Part shown: piece after piece, positions 26,820 through 40,440 of the stretch | Position numbering within the stretch: position 1 is the stretch's first letter | Layout: each line of letters opens with the position of its first letter | DNA from: Botryllus schlosseri | Lineage: Eukaryota | Direction: 5' to 3' | Length of the DNA stretch: 60,000 nt | NCBI GenBank assembly: GCA_051294905.1 | Contig: CM119371.1 | Span: 12,216,001 to 12,276,000 of the forward strand | The notes under the pieces: model-generated | Database searches by the model: none | Told to the model about the DNA's origin: nothing | Seen by the model: only the letters and a program-made list of their open reading frames with translations | Translations under genes and position numbers: made by a program

Positions 26820-27240
26820 GGACCCCTTTTGAATTGGTATCGTAAATATTGTGACCTGTGTGAATGCTAGTAATTTTGCAGGCATAGTGAATCGACTATA
26901 GAGAATAAATATCACAGAAGTACTCGGTTATGTAGCGGGTAGAAATTTGGTCTCCAACATCGTTTTCAATTCGGATGTGAATCTTGCTCTTTGATTGCTA
27001 AAGAGTCGATTCTGCATGTTTTGTGACTTCTGCTTCACCATAAAGACCAAAGTCAATCGTTTTCTAAGGTTAATTCGAGTCTATAAATATTCAGTTACCA
27101 TATTCAGTTACCATATTCAGTTACCATATTCGGTTGCCATATTAAGTTACCATACTCCATGTCTAAGCCAAAAGATTTTGGTTTGCATTGGCCAAAATAC
27201 CCGGAGGTGGTCGGTAACGAAGTACTCGAGTAGTTTTCGT
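26820..27240 (+). repeat. Dispersed repeat (TE internal segment), second copy ~45638-46005; contains a 13-bp tandem expansion
   Basis: By-eye colinearity. ATATTCAGTTACC occurs about 5 times at ~27087-27153 but once in the other copy. Confidence 0.8.
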
Positions 27241-27258
27241 CTAGTGGTTTTCCTCAAG

Positions 27259-28530
27259 TAGTGGTTCATAACCTTGCCTCCAGCGCCGACATTTTTGGTC
27301 GCGCTACGCCTTTGCCACATATGTTTTCATAAATGTAGTGGGTTATTATAATTCATGTAAAATGAATTGTGCATACTTTGAGATCACCAATTTCCCGTCA
27401 AAACACTGCTGTTACGCTTGCTAGGGTTAGTCTCAACAAAATGTTTCGAACTAGGTATTATATCCTGCAGCGCACATCGTGTGGATATCGAAGGAGGAGA
27501 ATCTGTATGTCACTTTTGAGAGTGAGAGCCATGCACATAAAATATGCTTTGAAGCTTTGTGCACGAAATGAATACCTAAATATAGACGTAGGCCTACTTG
27601 TATTTGAGAGCTACAAAATTAAATAGTCAGAATATTTCGCCAGCGTATCATAAAGGATGATACTATCTAGTGTAGTGATCCAGATCCTCACATGAACGTT
27701 ATATAATGTGAATTGCTTTGTTTGGAGTACATTCATGTTAAAATTAATAACTGGGTACAGTACTAAATTCTATGTTAGCAGATATATGCAGCCCATTCTC
27801 AGTTGACTTAGTCACACAAAGCACTAAAACAAAATCCAACCCCTGTAATTTCCCCGTATTGCCAATCGCAGATGTGAACTCGGGATGGTTCGAACCACAG
27901 GGTATGAGACCGCACCCGGTTGTTGTTATATTAGCCTTGATTTAATCCTGAATATACCACATACAATTACTATATGGTTTATTATAGTCGAGTGTTCCTC
28001 GAGCGCGATTACAGCGCGAAACATTTCCAATACCAAAGTCCCGAAAAAACCGACTGGACTTTGACCACATACCAAGACTGAAACTGCTGCAACCCAAACT
28101 CCCAATCGGAGGGGGATGGATGTGCTCGAAGGGTGGCCTAAATTATTCTGGTGAATGAACATAAATTACACATCATGTTTTGACGACTCCCCCACGAAAA
28201 GTACGCACAACTATAGAAATAGAAATAGACATTTGGCGTCGGCCATTACCACGAAGAACTTCCGGTCAATATGGGACTCCGACAAGTGTGCCAAAAAATC
28301 GTCAGCGAGAAAACCTTAGCCGAAGAGGATTGCCCTTATGTTGACCGTAAACGTCGATGTATACAAGTCTAGTTGTCCAGAGGTGCTTAAATCGCTCGTG
28401 CCGAATTATCATGTCGTCGCAATCTGCACCCCACAGGACAAATAACATCCACCAGAGAAAAATTATTTACCAGTGAAGAAATACCAATTTTGAATCGTGT
28501 GATTACTTTAGTTTAATACGTTTATGCGTT
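27259..28530 (+). mobile_element. Diverged, truncated copy of the hAT family at 46715-54614 / 47483-49547
   Basis: Starts TAGTGGTTCATAACCTTGCCTCCAGCGCC. The internal sequence is colinear with 48453-49335 and reverse-complementary to 46930-47480. Confidence 0.8.
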
Positions 28531-28944
28531 TCAATATCTTTTGACTATATAGCGGACAAGAGGTAACAAAATAACAACATGTGACGAAGTAATTGTACGG
28601 ACAAGTAAACCTGAGTAATTTTAATCATTAATTACGTGGCCTTCATTTTCCAAAACAGCAGCTCACTGACCGCACCTGGTAAATCTGATTACGTGGGCTG
28701 AGAGGATATAAAGTTTATAGCGACATATATATGCTATTACCACCTATATTCATTCATGCATTATAGAATATTTTGGCGCCTACGGTGACCAGGCCGCACG
28801 AACTTTGCTGATCATCGAAATCGCGCGACGGGGTTCTTGGGGGCGAAACCCCCAGACGTTTGGATTCTCACGCTATCGGTGCCAGACTATTTCGCGCATC
28901 CCAGACGTAGTCTAGACGTGATACTTATTGCAGTGTGAAACCTC

Positions 28945-29042
28945 CCTGATACTGCTGATACTTGAATGATACAGCTGATACAGTCGATGCATCGGATACT
29001 TGAGAGATGCAGCTGATACATCTGATACAACTGATACAGCAG
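28945..29042. repeat. Degenerate 9-bp tandem repeat (CTGATACAG-like)
   Basis: Repeated TGATAC/GATGC units. Confidence 0.7.
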
Positions 29043-30281
29043 TATATCTACATATACAGGGCCTTTTTAGAGGGTGGACTATATAGAATATTTGGGTAGT
29101 GGGGAATGAAGACTCGGAGTAAACCTGAAGTGGGGAATGAAGACAAAAAGGTTGGTAACCACTGCCCTAAATGGTATTCCCTTTGATGGTACGAGACGGT
29201 CGTTTCGGAGTTAGGTCAGACTTATCAGTTACCCGATTTTGATATGATATCAAAAATATTTCAAGTTACATTCGGAACGAACCAGCTATATAGATATCTT
29301 GGTACATATCAGTTTCATTCTTTTTCTTGAGCCATTGTTTCCGTCTAGTGTACGCAATGACAGCCAATGATTATTCCCATATATGTGGTGGATTGACATG
29401 ATTATCTTAGATAGAGAGTTCTTATGCCTACCATACCGTCCAGTATAGTCGCCATTGTCTCAGACAATTTTACAATAGCCTTGGTATTACCGATGACTAT
29501 ATGACTTGAAACTATAGGTTTTATTGCACCAACTTGACTCCTTCGGTCGTGAAATGCCTTAAAATCAATAAAAGAAGGCATACCGTTCATTCATCGGAAA
29601 TTAAAGTAATGTTAGCATATTGCTTTCAATTAAATAATTAAACAAAAGGGCATAATAAAACAGGAAACAAAAGAATATCAAGATAATCCGTTTTGGGCCC
29701 TTGTTAAGCGCCTCCAGCGTGGGCGGTCGTGGGCGTCTTCGAGCGAAAGCCCGCGTTGCGCTAGTTTGGTCTCTATTGTCTAGCGCCATGTGGGTCTATT
29801 CCAGCCACCTCTGCGCCATGGCTCCGTCAGAATGTGGTTGATGATGGCGGCGGCTGGTTGATCGTCTTGATGCCGCACTAGGTGACCGATTAGGCGGAAG
29901 CGTCGTTCAGCAGCCAGCAAACGACATGGGACCGTTTTTGTATGTTTGCGCAGAGCATTGGGGGATATGTGCTCCGGGAGGTGGATGCCGATTGCGTAGC
30001 GGAGGATTGCATCGTAGTTGGCGTTACGTGTCTTAGCCAGCTTTTTTGTCAGCGTGAGTGCTTCTATTCCGTAGAGAAGAATCTGCTCGACAGTGGCACG
30101 GAAAATGCGGGTCTCGAGCTGGAGTGAGGCACTTGAGTGGAAGAGGCAATGTAGCCGTCTTGCTGCGCCCCAGGCATTTGCTCGCCTCGCCTTTAGTGCT
30201 TTTCCAGAGTCCGCGACGTCAACACCGAGGTATATAAAACTCTTGACATTCTTGAGCCTGACTTCTTCCAGTTGAATTGGT

Positions 30282-31384
30282 CAGGGTTGTAACCAAGTCA
30301 CAAGGCTCCGAGTCACAAGTCAATTTCACTTTTATAGTTTTGACTCGAGTCAAGTCGAGTCATTTGAATTCACCACCGAGTCAAGTCCGAGTTCAAGTCA
30401 GCGAGCAGAGGGTCGAGTCCGAGTCATGGAATTATGACTCGAGTCCGAGTCCAAGTCATTGTATAGACTGCTCAGCTCCAGTTAAAGTCTTGGTAAACCC
30501 ACTTTTTATAACTCTGTTTGGTGATATCGAATGTTTCGCATTTATAATATACCAATTTTCCTCACTTTTAGCAGTTTCTGGTCGCATATTCAAGTACCAG
30601 TACCAACAGACGAAATCCCAAGTGTGTTGGCTTCGGAATTACAATGAAATGTCTGCCTTGGCCGTCTGAGTCTCGAGTAGGGCTGGGCAAAATCGAGTAC
30701 CTGAGTGATTCGATTCTGAATCACGTATTATGCTTCGAGTCGAGTCGAGTATTCGAGCATCGTTCAATATGACGTCATAACAGAATGAAGTATATCAAAG
30801 TTCAGATATTAACTTTTATTCCAGAACAAAGAATATAATGCCTATTATCCATCAAATTAAAGAGACTTTGGTATTTTTCGACCATACCAATTTCATTGCA
30901 CTTCGTGACAAGTTTATGAGATGATTATGACTTCTGAAATGTGTTATTTCATGTAACGTTGGTAGCTTCGTGCTATGTTTCGTATGCTTCGATGCGGCCA
31001 ATCAGGGTTCTAAGCCTTCCACAGTGGAAAATAGTATCAAGACTATAATTCTCAGTGATTAATTAACTTTTAGTGACGAGGAGCGTGTAATTTCAGTACT
31101 CAAAAATATCGTCTTTTACTACTCGACTCGAATCAGTAAAATTAATACTCGATTCAGATTCGAGTACTCGAATCATTGTGCCCAGCCCTAGTCTCGAGTC
31201 AATGACTTGGTTCGAGTCATGCGCAATGACTCGAGTCCAAGTCGAGTCAATACACAGATTGACTGGAGTCGAGTCGAGTCATTTTCGTATTTTGAAAAAA
31301 TGACTCGAATCAAGTCGAGTCATCAGAAAATCGTGACTCGAGTCGGACTCGAGTCGAGTCATGACTCGAGTCATTACAACCGTG
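30282..31384. mobile_element. hAT MITE (CAGGGTTG family) inserted in the RTE LINE
   Basis: Ends CAGGGTTGTAA / TTACAACCGTG, perfect TSD GAATTGGT, subterminal GACTCGAGTC arrays. Confidence 0.92.
30678..31190. mobile_element. hAT MITE nested in 30282-31384
   Basis: 12-bp TIR TAGGGCTGGGCA / TGCCCAGCCCTA, perfect TSD GTCTCGAG. Confidence 0.93.
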
Positions 31385-31483
31385 GAATTGGTGTCGCGTT
31401 CTGCGACAGAGCTGGTATGACCAGAACCTCAGTCTTCTTGGCATTGATCTGGACGCCCATAAGAGCGGCGGCAGCCTCTAGTG

Positions 31484-33014
31484 CAGTGGTTCTCAACCTT
31501 TTTGGCTTCGCGGACCCCTTTTGACCGTCACGGACCCTCGCGGACCCCCTTAAGTTTTAGTTCAATTTTAGCTCTATTATGGTGCAACCTTCATCTGTCT
31601 TGTGCAAATATGAACTGTAGGCTTGTGATAAACAACAAAATCATGATTTTTCTTGAAAATAACATCATACTATTTATGTAGAAATTGGTAGACTTTTATT
31701 ATTTCAAAGCTAATTTTGCTGCTGTATTTCTTGAAGTACATGGTCGTGTCTTGAAAATCCGCGTCCTCGTTTGATATGAATGAGGGCCGGAAACCATTTA
31801 CGCAAATATAGATGGAGGCTAATGCAGTATTAACGCATAACGCTTTCGACGATACTTTTGGTGTAATCGCAACATTTATGGCACCAAAATGAAAAAAAAA
31901 AACATATATTTTATGAACATATAACGTCCAGCATTTAGCGCAGGGACGGGCAACATACGGACCGCGGGTCGGATCCCGCCCGCAACCCAGCATTTAGCGC
32001 AGAGACGGGCAACATACGGACCGCGGGTCGGATCCCGCCCGCAACGGCATTATGATCGGCCCGCAGAGAGTTCCTACCGTCAAAGTGAAAGCCTAATCTA
32101 ATAGTATAGACACATTTTATGTGCCAAATGTTTTCCAACCTGAGAAGGACTGTCATGAAACGACTTGTTCTGTTCGGGTTTACAATTTATTTACGGGCAA
32201 ACATTTTCGACCATGAACAATTGTACATTAACAAGACAAGGCTGCATACCAATATAACTGGTGATATAAATTAAATTTCAAGGTCGGAGCGTAATGCTTT
32301 GATAGCAACGAGACACTCCTTGCTCATAAAAAAAACAGCTTTGTAGATAGGACATCCACAATAATGCGCCAAATCTGATAGTCGAGCTTCAAAAGCAGCA
32401 TCGTCCGATTTATGACGACTGTCAGCCGACAATATTCGGGTTCATTTCAATATGAATATACTATTCAATTGTATATTGAAGTTCTGTACCTCCAAGAAGC
32501 TGTTCATATAGTGGTTATGTCTATCGCAGGATAAAATGGATTTCGTGGCGAGGTTTTCATCCCTGCATTGGTACAAATTAGGTAAATACTTCGGAAATTT
32601 TTATTTCAAACGACTGTTCACTAATTTGATGGGACTGACAAATTCAAATCGAGTAGGTTTCGCAGACATTACGAAGTAACCCTGATTGACGTTACTATCT
32701 CCATATTTCTATTTTTCCACAAACCCCAACAAAACGTCCCTAAACAGCAATATATTTGTATCGGCAAGTTATTGGAAAATTGGCAATGAAAATGAATTTC
32801 CACACTACGATAGTTCATGTCAAACGATTATTATGATGATATGAGTCATGAAGTTTTAGCAGTTGTGGTGCGAAGCTGCCTCATGCTTTCTCAAATTAAT
32901 AAATAAAATAAAATTACGTTATCAACCATTTAAAAAATTTAGAGGTCTCGCGGACCCCCTGAAATTGCTTCGCGGACCCCTAGGGGTCCGCGGACCCCCG
33001 GTTGAGAACCACTG
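31484..33014. mobile_element. hAT Buster-type MITE inserted in the RTE LINE, with further internal insertions
   Basis: TIR CAGTGGTTCTCAACC / GGTTGAGAACCACTG, perfect TSD CTCTAGTG. It contains a ~59-bp tandem duplication of another MITE end (~31928-32045) and a foldback arm (~32423-32500). Confidence 0.92.
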
Positions 33015-36000
33015 CTCTAGTGTCTAGTTGGTTGATGAGGCGCTGTGCCGATGCGGTATTCGGGGCAAGCAAGGCGAGATCGTCTGGGTAGGCAAAAATA
33101 CTCACGTGGATAGCCTCGGGAGTCGTACGCGTACGGTACGCGTTCCTTGCCGTGGCCGCCATCCAAAGAAGTCCGAGTTGTCCGGAAAGGCCGTTCGTAG
33201 CACGAAGTCAAGGATTATCACGAACAAGAATGGTGCCAAGTTGTCACCTTGAAGTACGCCAGCCGAAGTGGTAAAATCTCCGCTTGGACCGTCATCTGTT
33301 CGGACTCGCGCTCGTGTGTCAATGTAGAGGGCCATAATGGCGTTCCTGATCACCTCAGGAATTACATAGAATCTGAGGATCTTCGCCATGGCTGGGTACG
33401 AGACCGAGTCGAAGGCTTTTGCTAAGTCAACAAATACAGCCACAGCATTATTTTTATGTGAGCGGCAGGTGTCAATGATTGTACGCAGTGCCAGGATATG
33501 CTCTGTTGTACGGCGGGATGGTCGAAATCCATTCTGGACACAGTCTGTTTGGCAGTTTGGCGCCACAAATAGCATGATCTACTACAGAAGGTTGATGTCA
33601 CGTTTCCAAGTGCGTCCAAACGTGTGTCCAAGTGCTAAACGTCCAATCAGGCTATACTCGGTCATTTGAAAAATGAAGCATTTCCGTTATATTCATTGTT
33701 ATATATATATGTAATATATGTAAGTTCGATAAGGTTCGATATTTTTACTATTACTATTCCCTGGAATTTTGTGAGTCACCTCATGCATTCATTCTACTAA
33801 CATTCTCAGTAGGCTACACATGAGCTTCAATTGCTTTGTTTATATAATTTTATATGAGATTAAATTTCGTCATTTTCATACCTTTTTATTGCGTTGTAAT
33901 TATTGCTTCATTACAATTACATTGCTTCATTCACAATTAAATGGCTCTGTATGAAGCTATAATCCGCAACACCCTGATGAATAGTCTTCTTAACCGTGTG
34001 GCATGAATATGACTTAAGTAATATGAATAATTACTAGGGATGGTGTGAACCTCTGAAAGGTTCAGGTTCGTGTGAACGTGAACACTTTTGAAATGTTCTG
34101 TGTAACGCGAACGTTAACCTCATGACGTCACGTGACGTCGCACTGCTAATTCCGACCCTATATTTCAGTGAAGTGATTTGTACACGATACCTAGCGACGA
34201 CTCTCGCCACATATCCAATGTCACAATGCTGATGTACATACTCACTTTTTAAACGTCGCTAAATATATCAAGTGGAGCAATCAAATGATATATTAATCTC
34301 ATAAAATCAATATCTTCCGTCGCTTCGCCAACAATTTCGACAAGGAGATGCGAGGGAATAATAGCTTACACGTTAACGGTCTAGGCCAGACCGGACAATG
34401 TACTCGACGTCTGTGTGTTGCTACGTTGATATTGAGCAGAATGTAAAACGGGATTTACCCCAGTATGCGAAATTCAGTTACTTTCCCGAATTTCATTTGC
34501 CAGATAGATATCACCTAATATATTAAGAAGGGAGGCCGCTACTTGTTCTGGTAATTAGGGCTGTGAGCCAAAAATATCAACATCTCGTTTCAACTGTTCC
34601 GGAAAGATTTTTCATGATATCACCGAATTTAGTTCATTTTTGATTATTTTTTATTTAATTTAAACTAGATTACATGTTATCTGAACAGCCTGTATCAACT
34701 GTTTTAGTAAGTCTGTCTGCACTGAAAGCACAAGAATATGCGAAAAGTACACCGAAGCTGTGCTGCATAAAATTATTCTTTTCCGCAGATCCAACACAAA
34801 AATCTCTCATTTATTGGTTTTTCCATCGTAATCTTTCATGTTGCAATGCCTGACACTAAATTTCATCTACTTATAAATGTGATTAAAGTGAACAATAAAT
34901 AGCAGTTAGCCTATATTCGGCAATAACAAACATAGTATGCCTGAGCCTACAAAGAGATGACGATTTGTAGACACCAACGAAATGCAATATTGTTGTTTAC
35001 CAAGAAGCGGTGAAAGATGTGCAGGATTTGCCTAACTGAAGTTCATAGATACAACTCTGATTATTTACTCAAATTAGCCTTAAGTCATTTGCAGGACAGT
35101 TTTCTATTACTCCTTTGACTAGGCAGTGGCCGTAATCTGCCAATAATCAATAATCGTCAGATTATATTTTATCTGAACAAGACACACAATTAACAATACA
35201 ATAAGACACAATTCGATGTAATGAACAAATAGGACGATGCCGAAAGACCAGTTACGGTTACGGTTTTCTAAACTGGCACCCACCTCAGCCGAGGTGGCCG
35301 ACATAGTTCCTTTAACGATTGTAGTCTCTATTCCGCGGCTCCATTTTGCTCGTTCCATTCGTCGCTCATTTATTGGGTCCGTTTCTGGGCTTGCTTTGTC
35401 GCCGTAAAAACATCGACGCTGGGAAAAAGGTGCCCGCCCAGAATAACCTGAAGCGCGAACCCAGGCCGCCAGGCGGTAGTCGCTTATCGTCACCACTACG
35501 CTATCTCCTCCGACATCATGCAAGGATTCCAGCTATCTCGATATATCTCTTCCATTTAGTGGCTATATAGGTGACGCCTTCCACCTCGTTCATAGACTCA
35601 TATTTCCGAGGTTATCAGGGAAGCGATGATAGTGAATGTTTATGCTCATGCTTATCCATGATCCAAAAAATTTCGTTAGCATCATTTTGACGCGATTTAT
35701 CTGGTTGCTTGCTTCTGTCATTCCAACCCAGGTCGTTGTTTAGCTAATCCCGAGTAAAAAGCGTTGGTTTACTGTGTATTCGTGACAATGTTGAGGAGTC
35801 GGTGTCATTGCAGTTGCTACAGCATCTACTATTGTCAACTTCATTTTTCATGACATCCTATATCGCAGCATCATTCGAACTCAAATCTGTCAGTGACGTA
35901 ACGCTGCCACTAGAATTTAAGGCGAGTGTACATTTGGTAATAAAGCAGAAGCAACGCTGGGTTAATGCTTCGACTTCTTTTTTTGGATCCAACCTGGCAT

Positions 36001-36573
36001 GTAATTCATGGAAAAATATCTATCATCACGGTGTTACGCTGGCTTTTACCAAACCACAGAGATTACAAATTGCATTCATTAGACTTCACCTCGAGTCCAC
36101 AAGCGTGAAGTGTCAGTCTAATGCAGGTAGACCGTTTGAGGTGCCCAGCAGTAATCCTGATCTCTCAACGTCATACAAAAGTACCCTACTCTTTGTAAGC
36201 TATCTTCGTGACATTTCACACATTGAATCGCTACGTGTTCATCGTGTTCTCGTCACAGATGTGAAAAAAACAACTGTGGGCCGTCACGACACTTTTTATA
36301 ACATACTTAAAATACACATGAATTAAAATTTCTGAAAATTATAGCAGGGGACAATGTCTGATATTCAAAGCGTGTTGCCTTTGAGCTCATCAATCGTTGG
36401 TGATGGGATAACTTTCATTTGACTCTTTCTGTAGCTCAAATGGAAAGGGGGTAAATTACCGTAGTCTACCAGAAAAATAGCCTCCAAATGATAATTTTCA
36501 GAATGAAACTAACGATTGTATTATCGTTACACTACAAATCATATGTTAGTAATGGATGAGAGATGATATAAAC

Positions 36574-36933
36574 CAGTGGCTCCCAACGTGGGCGATTTTG
36601 AGAAACAATTGGGCGAAAATCCCGAAGAGACGACAGGGTAGGGGGCGATAGCGGGCGAAAATGCCAGTGAGATATATTTAATTAACACGGCCAAAATGCA
36701 CATGTAGACGGATTATTCTGAATTGCGCAAAAAAAGTTAACTCAACGGCTAGTAGAACCGTTTTTTCCAGCACCTATTCAGAAACATGACCTTTCCTAGT
36801 CAATTCACCAGCGGACAGAGTTAGGTGAATAAATTTCTCGTTTACATGTCGTCTTTTGCGGATCCGTGAATATTGCGGGGGCGAAAATCTGTGTGAGAAG
36901 GTCGCGATGAGTCGAAAAAGTTTGGAACCACTG
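36574..36933. mobile_element. hAT MITE
   Basis: CAGTGGCTCCCAAC / TTTGGAACCACTG, TSD ATATAAAC/ATATTAAC. Confidence 0.8.
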
Positions 36934-37290
36934 ATATTAACTAATCTGAGGCCACATTCACCTCCCCGGACCGCAAAACACAATATGTTACCCACTAACC
37001 TTCCATCTTCATGGCATATATAGGAAGTAGCAATATCAATATGTCAAAAAAATAGAGCCAATTCGGTAAAAGTAATGGTATTTCCGGACATGGCGCACCT
37101 GATGTACGCCTAATTCGTACTGAAAATAGACTGAATCTATAATAAGTAATAAATAAAATAAATAATCTGTAATATATAGCCTACTGAAAAAATTCTTGGC
37201 CTGTGGTATCAGGCCTGTTATTGTCGAAATGTCCCACATGTCTTTGCTATGGCTCTCGTACAAATAGAAGTGGAAATCAGTAGGTATCAC

Positions 37291-37322
<32 letters not shown>

Positions 37323-37391
37323 AGAGAGAGGAGAGAGAGGGGGAGAGAGAGAGGGGAGAGAGAGGGGAGAGAGAGAGAGGGGGAGAGAGGG
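37291..37391. repeat. (GA)n/GGGA purine microsatellite
   Basis: Direct inspection. Confidence 0.9.
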
Positions 37392-37398
37392 TGTAGTG

Positions 37399-37505
37399 GG
37401 TTCGATCCCGGACTAAAGACTCGAAAACTGGTATCAGCGGCTATCCCGCTAGGCGCTCATCATCTTCGGATAATATAGAGGTGATAAAACGGTTGTGCAC
37501 GTGCA
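37399..37505 (+). mobile_element. SINE fragment (family 2, Meta-like)
   Basis: GGTTCGATCCC B box followed by GACTAAAGACTCGAAAACTGGTATCAGCGGCTATCCCGCTAGGCGCTCATCAT. Confidence 0.55.
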
Positions 37506-37834
37506 GCCTAGATGACATTACTAAAGGTATCGCGTCTTGTGTCGCATCTCCTTCGCCAAAGCATATCGGTAGTGCAGGTGATTGGGAATACAATATTTCG
37601 AGCAAATTTAGGAGCAACGCACTGTTGCAAAATTTGTACCTGTACCGTCAATAAATATTTGCTGTTTAATAATGTCAGCCTTTGCAGTTCTCTGCTATCT
37701 CGCAGAATTTACTTAAAAAACAAACAGTGACATACGCTGACATACATTAAATTGATGTTGTTGGCTTAACTCGTTCCATGGCCTAAAGCTCGCAGGACAA
37801 ATGTTTTTCCGTAGTAGTCAACTGTTGTATGGAG

Positions 37835-39888
37835 CAGGGTTGGAATGACTCGAGTCATGACTCGACTCGAGTCAGACTCGAGTCACGATTTTTTTATGAC
37901 TCGACTTGACTCGAGTCATTTTCTTGAAATAGGAAAATGACTCGACTCGACTCGAGTCAATATTTGGATTGACTCGACTTGTACTCGAGTCGTTACGCAT
38001 GACTCGACCCAAGTCATTGACTCGGCTTATTTTATATGACTTGAAGATGAAGAAATTTGCGAATCATAATGGCTAGATCAACGCATCCGACGAATTCTGC
38101 CGACATCGCTATTTGTCACCACTGCTTTCGTTGCACTTGTCTGATATATCAGATATGCCGCCGTAAAAACAACAGAAAATGATACATAGTAGCAATGCAT
38201 TGTACAAAATCGTCCAGTGATAAAGAGGTAATAGATCCTCCGCAATTAAAGTACTCAAGACTTTTCAATTATACAAGCAAACAATTGAATCAAAGTTCAA
38301 TTAGAGCCAATGAAATGACTCAGATGGTGAAGAGACTGATAAGCTCATGTGTAGATTTGAAGGCGATGATTCTTTGCATTTTTATGCGACTAGAAAGAAT
38401 GAGTATTCAATGCTCTTCAGTGTGGTTCAAAAATGCTTGTCAATTCCTGCATCTAGTGCACCAGTGGAACGTGTATTCAGTAGATGTGGATTCATTCTAC
38501 GGCCATGCCGCTTTAACACATTTGAGGTTCTCCTTTCCACATTAGTATTTTTGAGGTGTAACTCATTGATTTGATCTGCTGTCTGTGAAAACACACAATG
38601 CCCTTCGTTCATTTGACGTTTTGTTAGGTATGTGCATTGTGCACGTGAGTAATAATGAATGGCTAATGTTGTGTGATGTTTGTACAATATGGCTGTTCTA
38701 AAATAACTTCTTTTTTATTTTACTTGGTGGTTACATGATAAAATTGTTATGTTGCATAAAAGGAACAATGAATCTGGCTTAATTTGAAAAAAGTGGAATC
38801 AATTATCTGAGAGGAGAATATTCTGGATTTGAAAATAAATGGAGTATTTTAGTGAGAAATTCTTTCATATGATATAATTACATAGTAGTAAGCCGACTAT
38901 TTTTTCATATCCAAAACATTCTAATCTAATAACTTCACTTTTTCTAGTTGGAATTGAGTCAAATTTGCTATGAATCATATTTTTACACAATGTAACAATA
39001 TCATGAGATAGCCGGTAAAATTCGAAAATCTCTATTTGTAATTAGTCTAAAATTTTCTTTCATAGCATTGCTTTCTACTGGTTGGAATTGAGCCAAATTT
39101 GATTTTTAGGCAATCTAGCAATTTTAAGAAGTAGCCAGAAAATTTGAAAAAATGTTTTTGAACAGCCCCATTGTACAATTATTTCTCCAATGCTGTAACT
39201 GCGATGTAGTCGGTAATGCAATTGGGAAAACCTTTAGTATAATCAAAAGGTATCTGTTCTGTTGTCACTGCACAATGCACATAGTTGCATGCACGATTTT
39301 ACAGCATGCTGGCCTGTTGTAAATACCTCTACATAAACATGCATCTATTGATTCTCTATCAACTAGTATCTTGACGTGAATTTGTTGGTTCTCTATCAGA
39401 TGGTATGTAGACGTGAATTCGTTGGTTCTCTATCAGCTATTCGTGAGCTATCGTCGATGTGTTCATAATAAAAACTGAATGCTTGTATTGGTGATGTATC
39501 AGACTGACAAGAGAGATATTTGATTTTAAGTTCTAAGATTAGTAAAGTTATCTTTAGCATCGGTAAATGAGGCCAGGACCTGTCCGTTATCTGCCTAAAT
39601 AAACACGTGCCAAGACTCTGATAGGGACAAAATGAGCATGTTTCGCAAACAGGGAATTCGATATCACCCAAGCAGGATTGAAAACATGAGTTGAACATGA
39701 CTTCAATACTGTGACTTGGACTCGACTCGAGTCATAACACAATGACTCGGACTTGACCCTTTAATCGGTGACTTGGACTCGGACTCGAGTCTGTGATGAA
39801 TTGAAAATGACTCGACTCGACTCGAGTCAAAACCACAAAAGTATGATTGACTCGTGACTCGGAACCATGTGACTTGGTTACAACCCTG
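37835..39888 (+). mobile_element. hAT (Ac-type) deletion derivative with a transposase dimerisation-domain remnant
   Basis: TIR CAGGGTTG/CAACCCTG, perfect TSD GTATGGAG, empty site in the duplicate (~55997 GTATTGAG), and GACTCGAGTC subterminal arrays. Confidence 0.93.
38347..38574 (+). pseudogene. hAT transposase C-terminal dimerisation domain fragment
   Basis: LSIPASSAPVERVFSRCGFILRPCR...LVFLRCN is the hAT dimerisation motif. Confidence 0.88.
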
Positions 39889-40440
39889 GTATGGAGCATA
39901 TGAGCGGATGGATTAATTAGTGAAGGTGTAGCTACAATTGAGGGTCATAGAGAGCTAATCTATATTGCTCGATAATTTCCCAAAATCTGGGCGTCATTCT
40001 CATGACACATAAAAATAATTCTTTGGTTGACATTGGTGACAAAACATGAAGACCCATATTCAACTACAGACTGTCTATACAGCGATCAGTTATACACAGC
40101 TATACTAATAGTGACTTCGTGTCATGCCGTAGCGCGACTCTAAAACAAGTATCTTAGTCAATTAGTCGCCTTATAATTGCGCTGTTGCGAGTGGGCCGCA
40201 TACTTTTATATAGAATCGTATTGAGGACAATGTAGCCTATACTATGAGTTAATATTATCGCGTTGCGATTTGAATTGAAAATTGTTATGTGTCATGACTA
40301 AATGCATTTCTACGAATATATGGTATCTTCTTCAATTTGAATTTTTACTGAAACGGCCTCGAATTCACCCATTTATTGTACTCGACCGATCGCAATACTT
40401 GATTCGTATTGCTTATCAAATACTCGTGAAGGCTCTAGTT

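Larger units (their letters stand above)
29678..33575 (-). pseudogene. 5'-truncated RTE/RTE-X-type LINE reverse transcriptase, split by nested hAT insertions
   Basis: Motifs QNGFRPSR, FVDLAKAFDSV and GVLQGD (33102-33575), then a frameshift to FAYPDDLALL. It continues GVQINAKKTE (31393-31475) and FIYLG...ILLYGIE...RLIGH (30273-29678), in frame across the 30282-31384 insertion. One internal stop. Confidence 0.9.
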
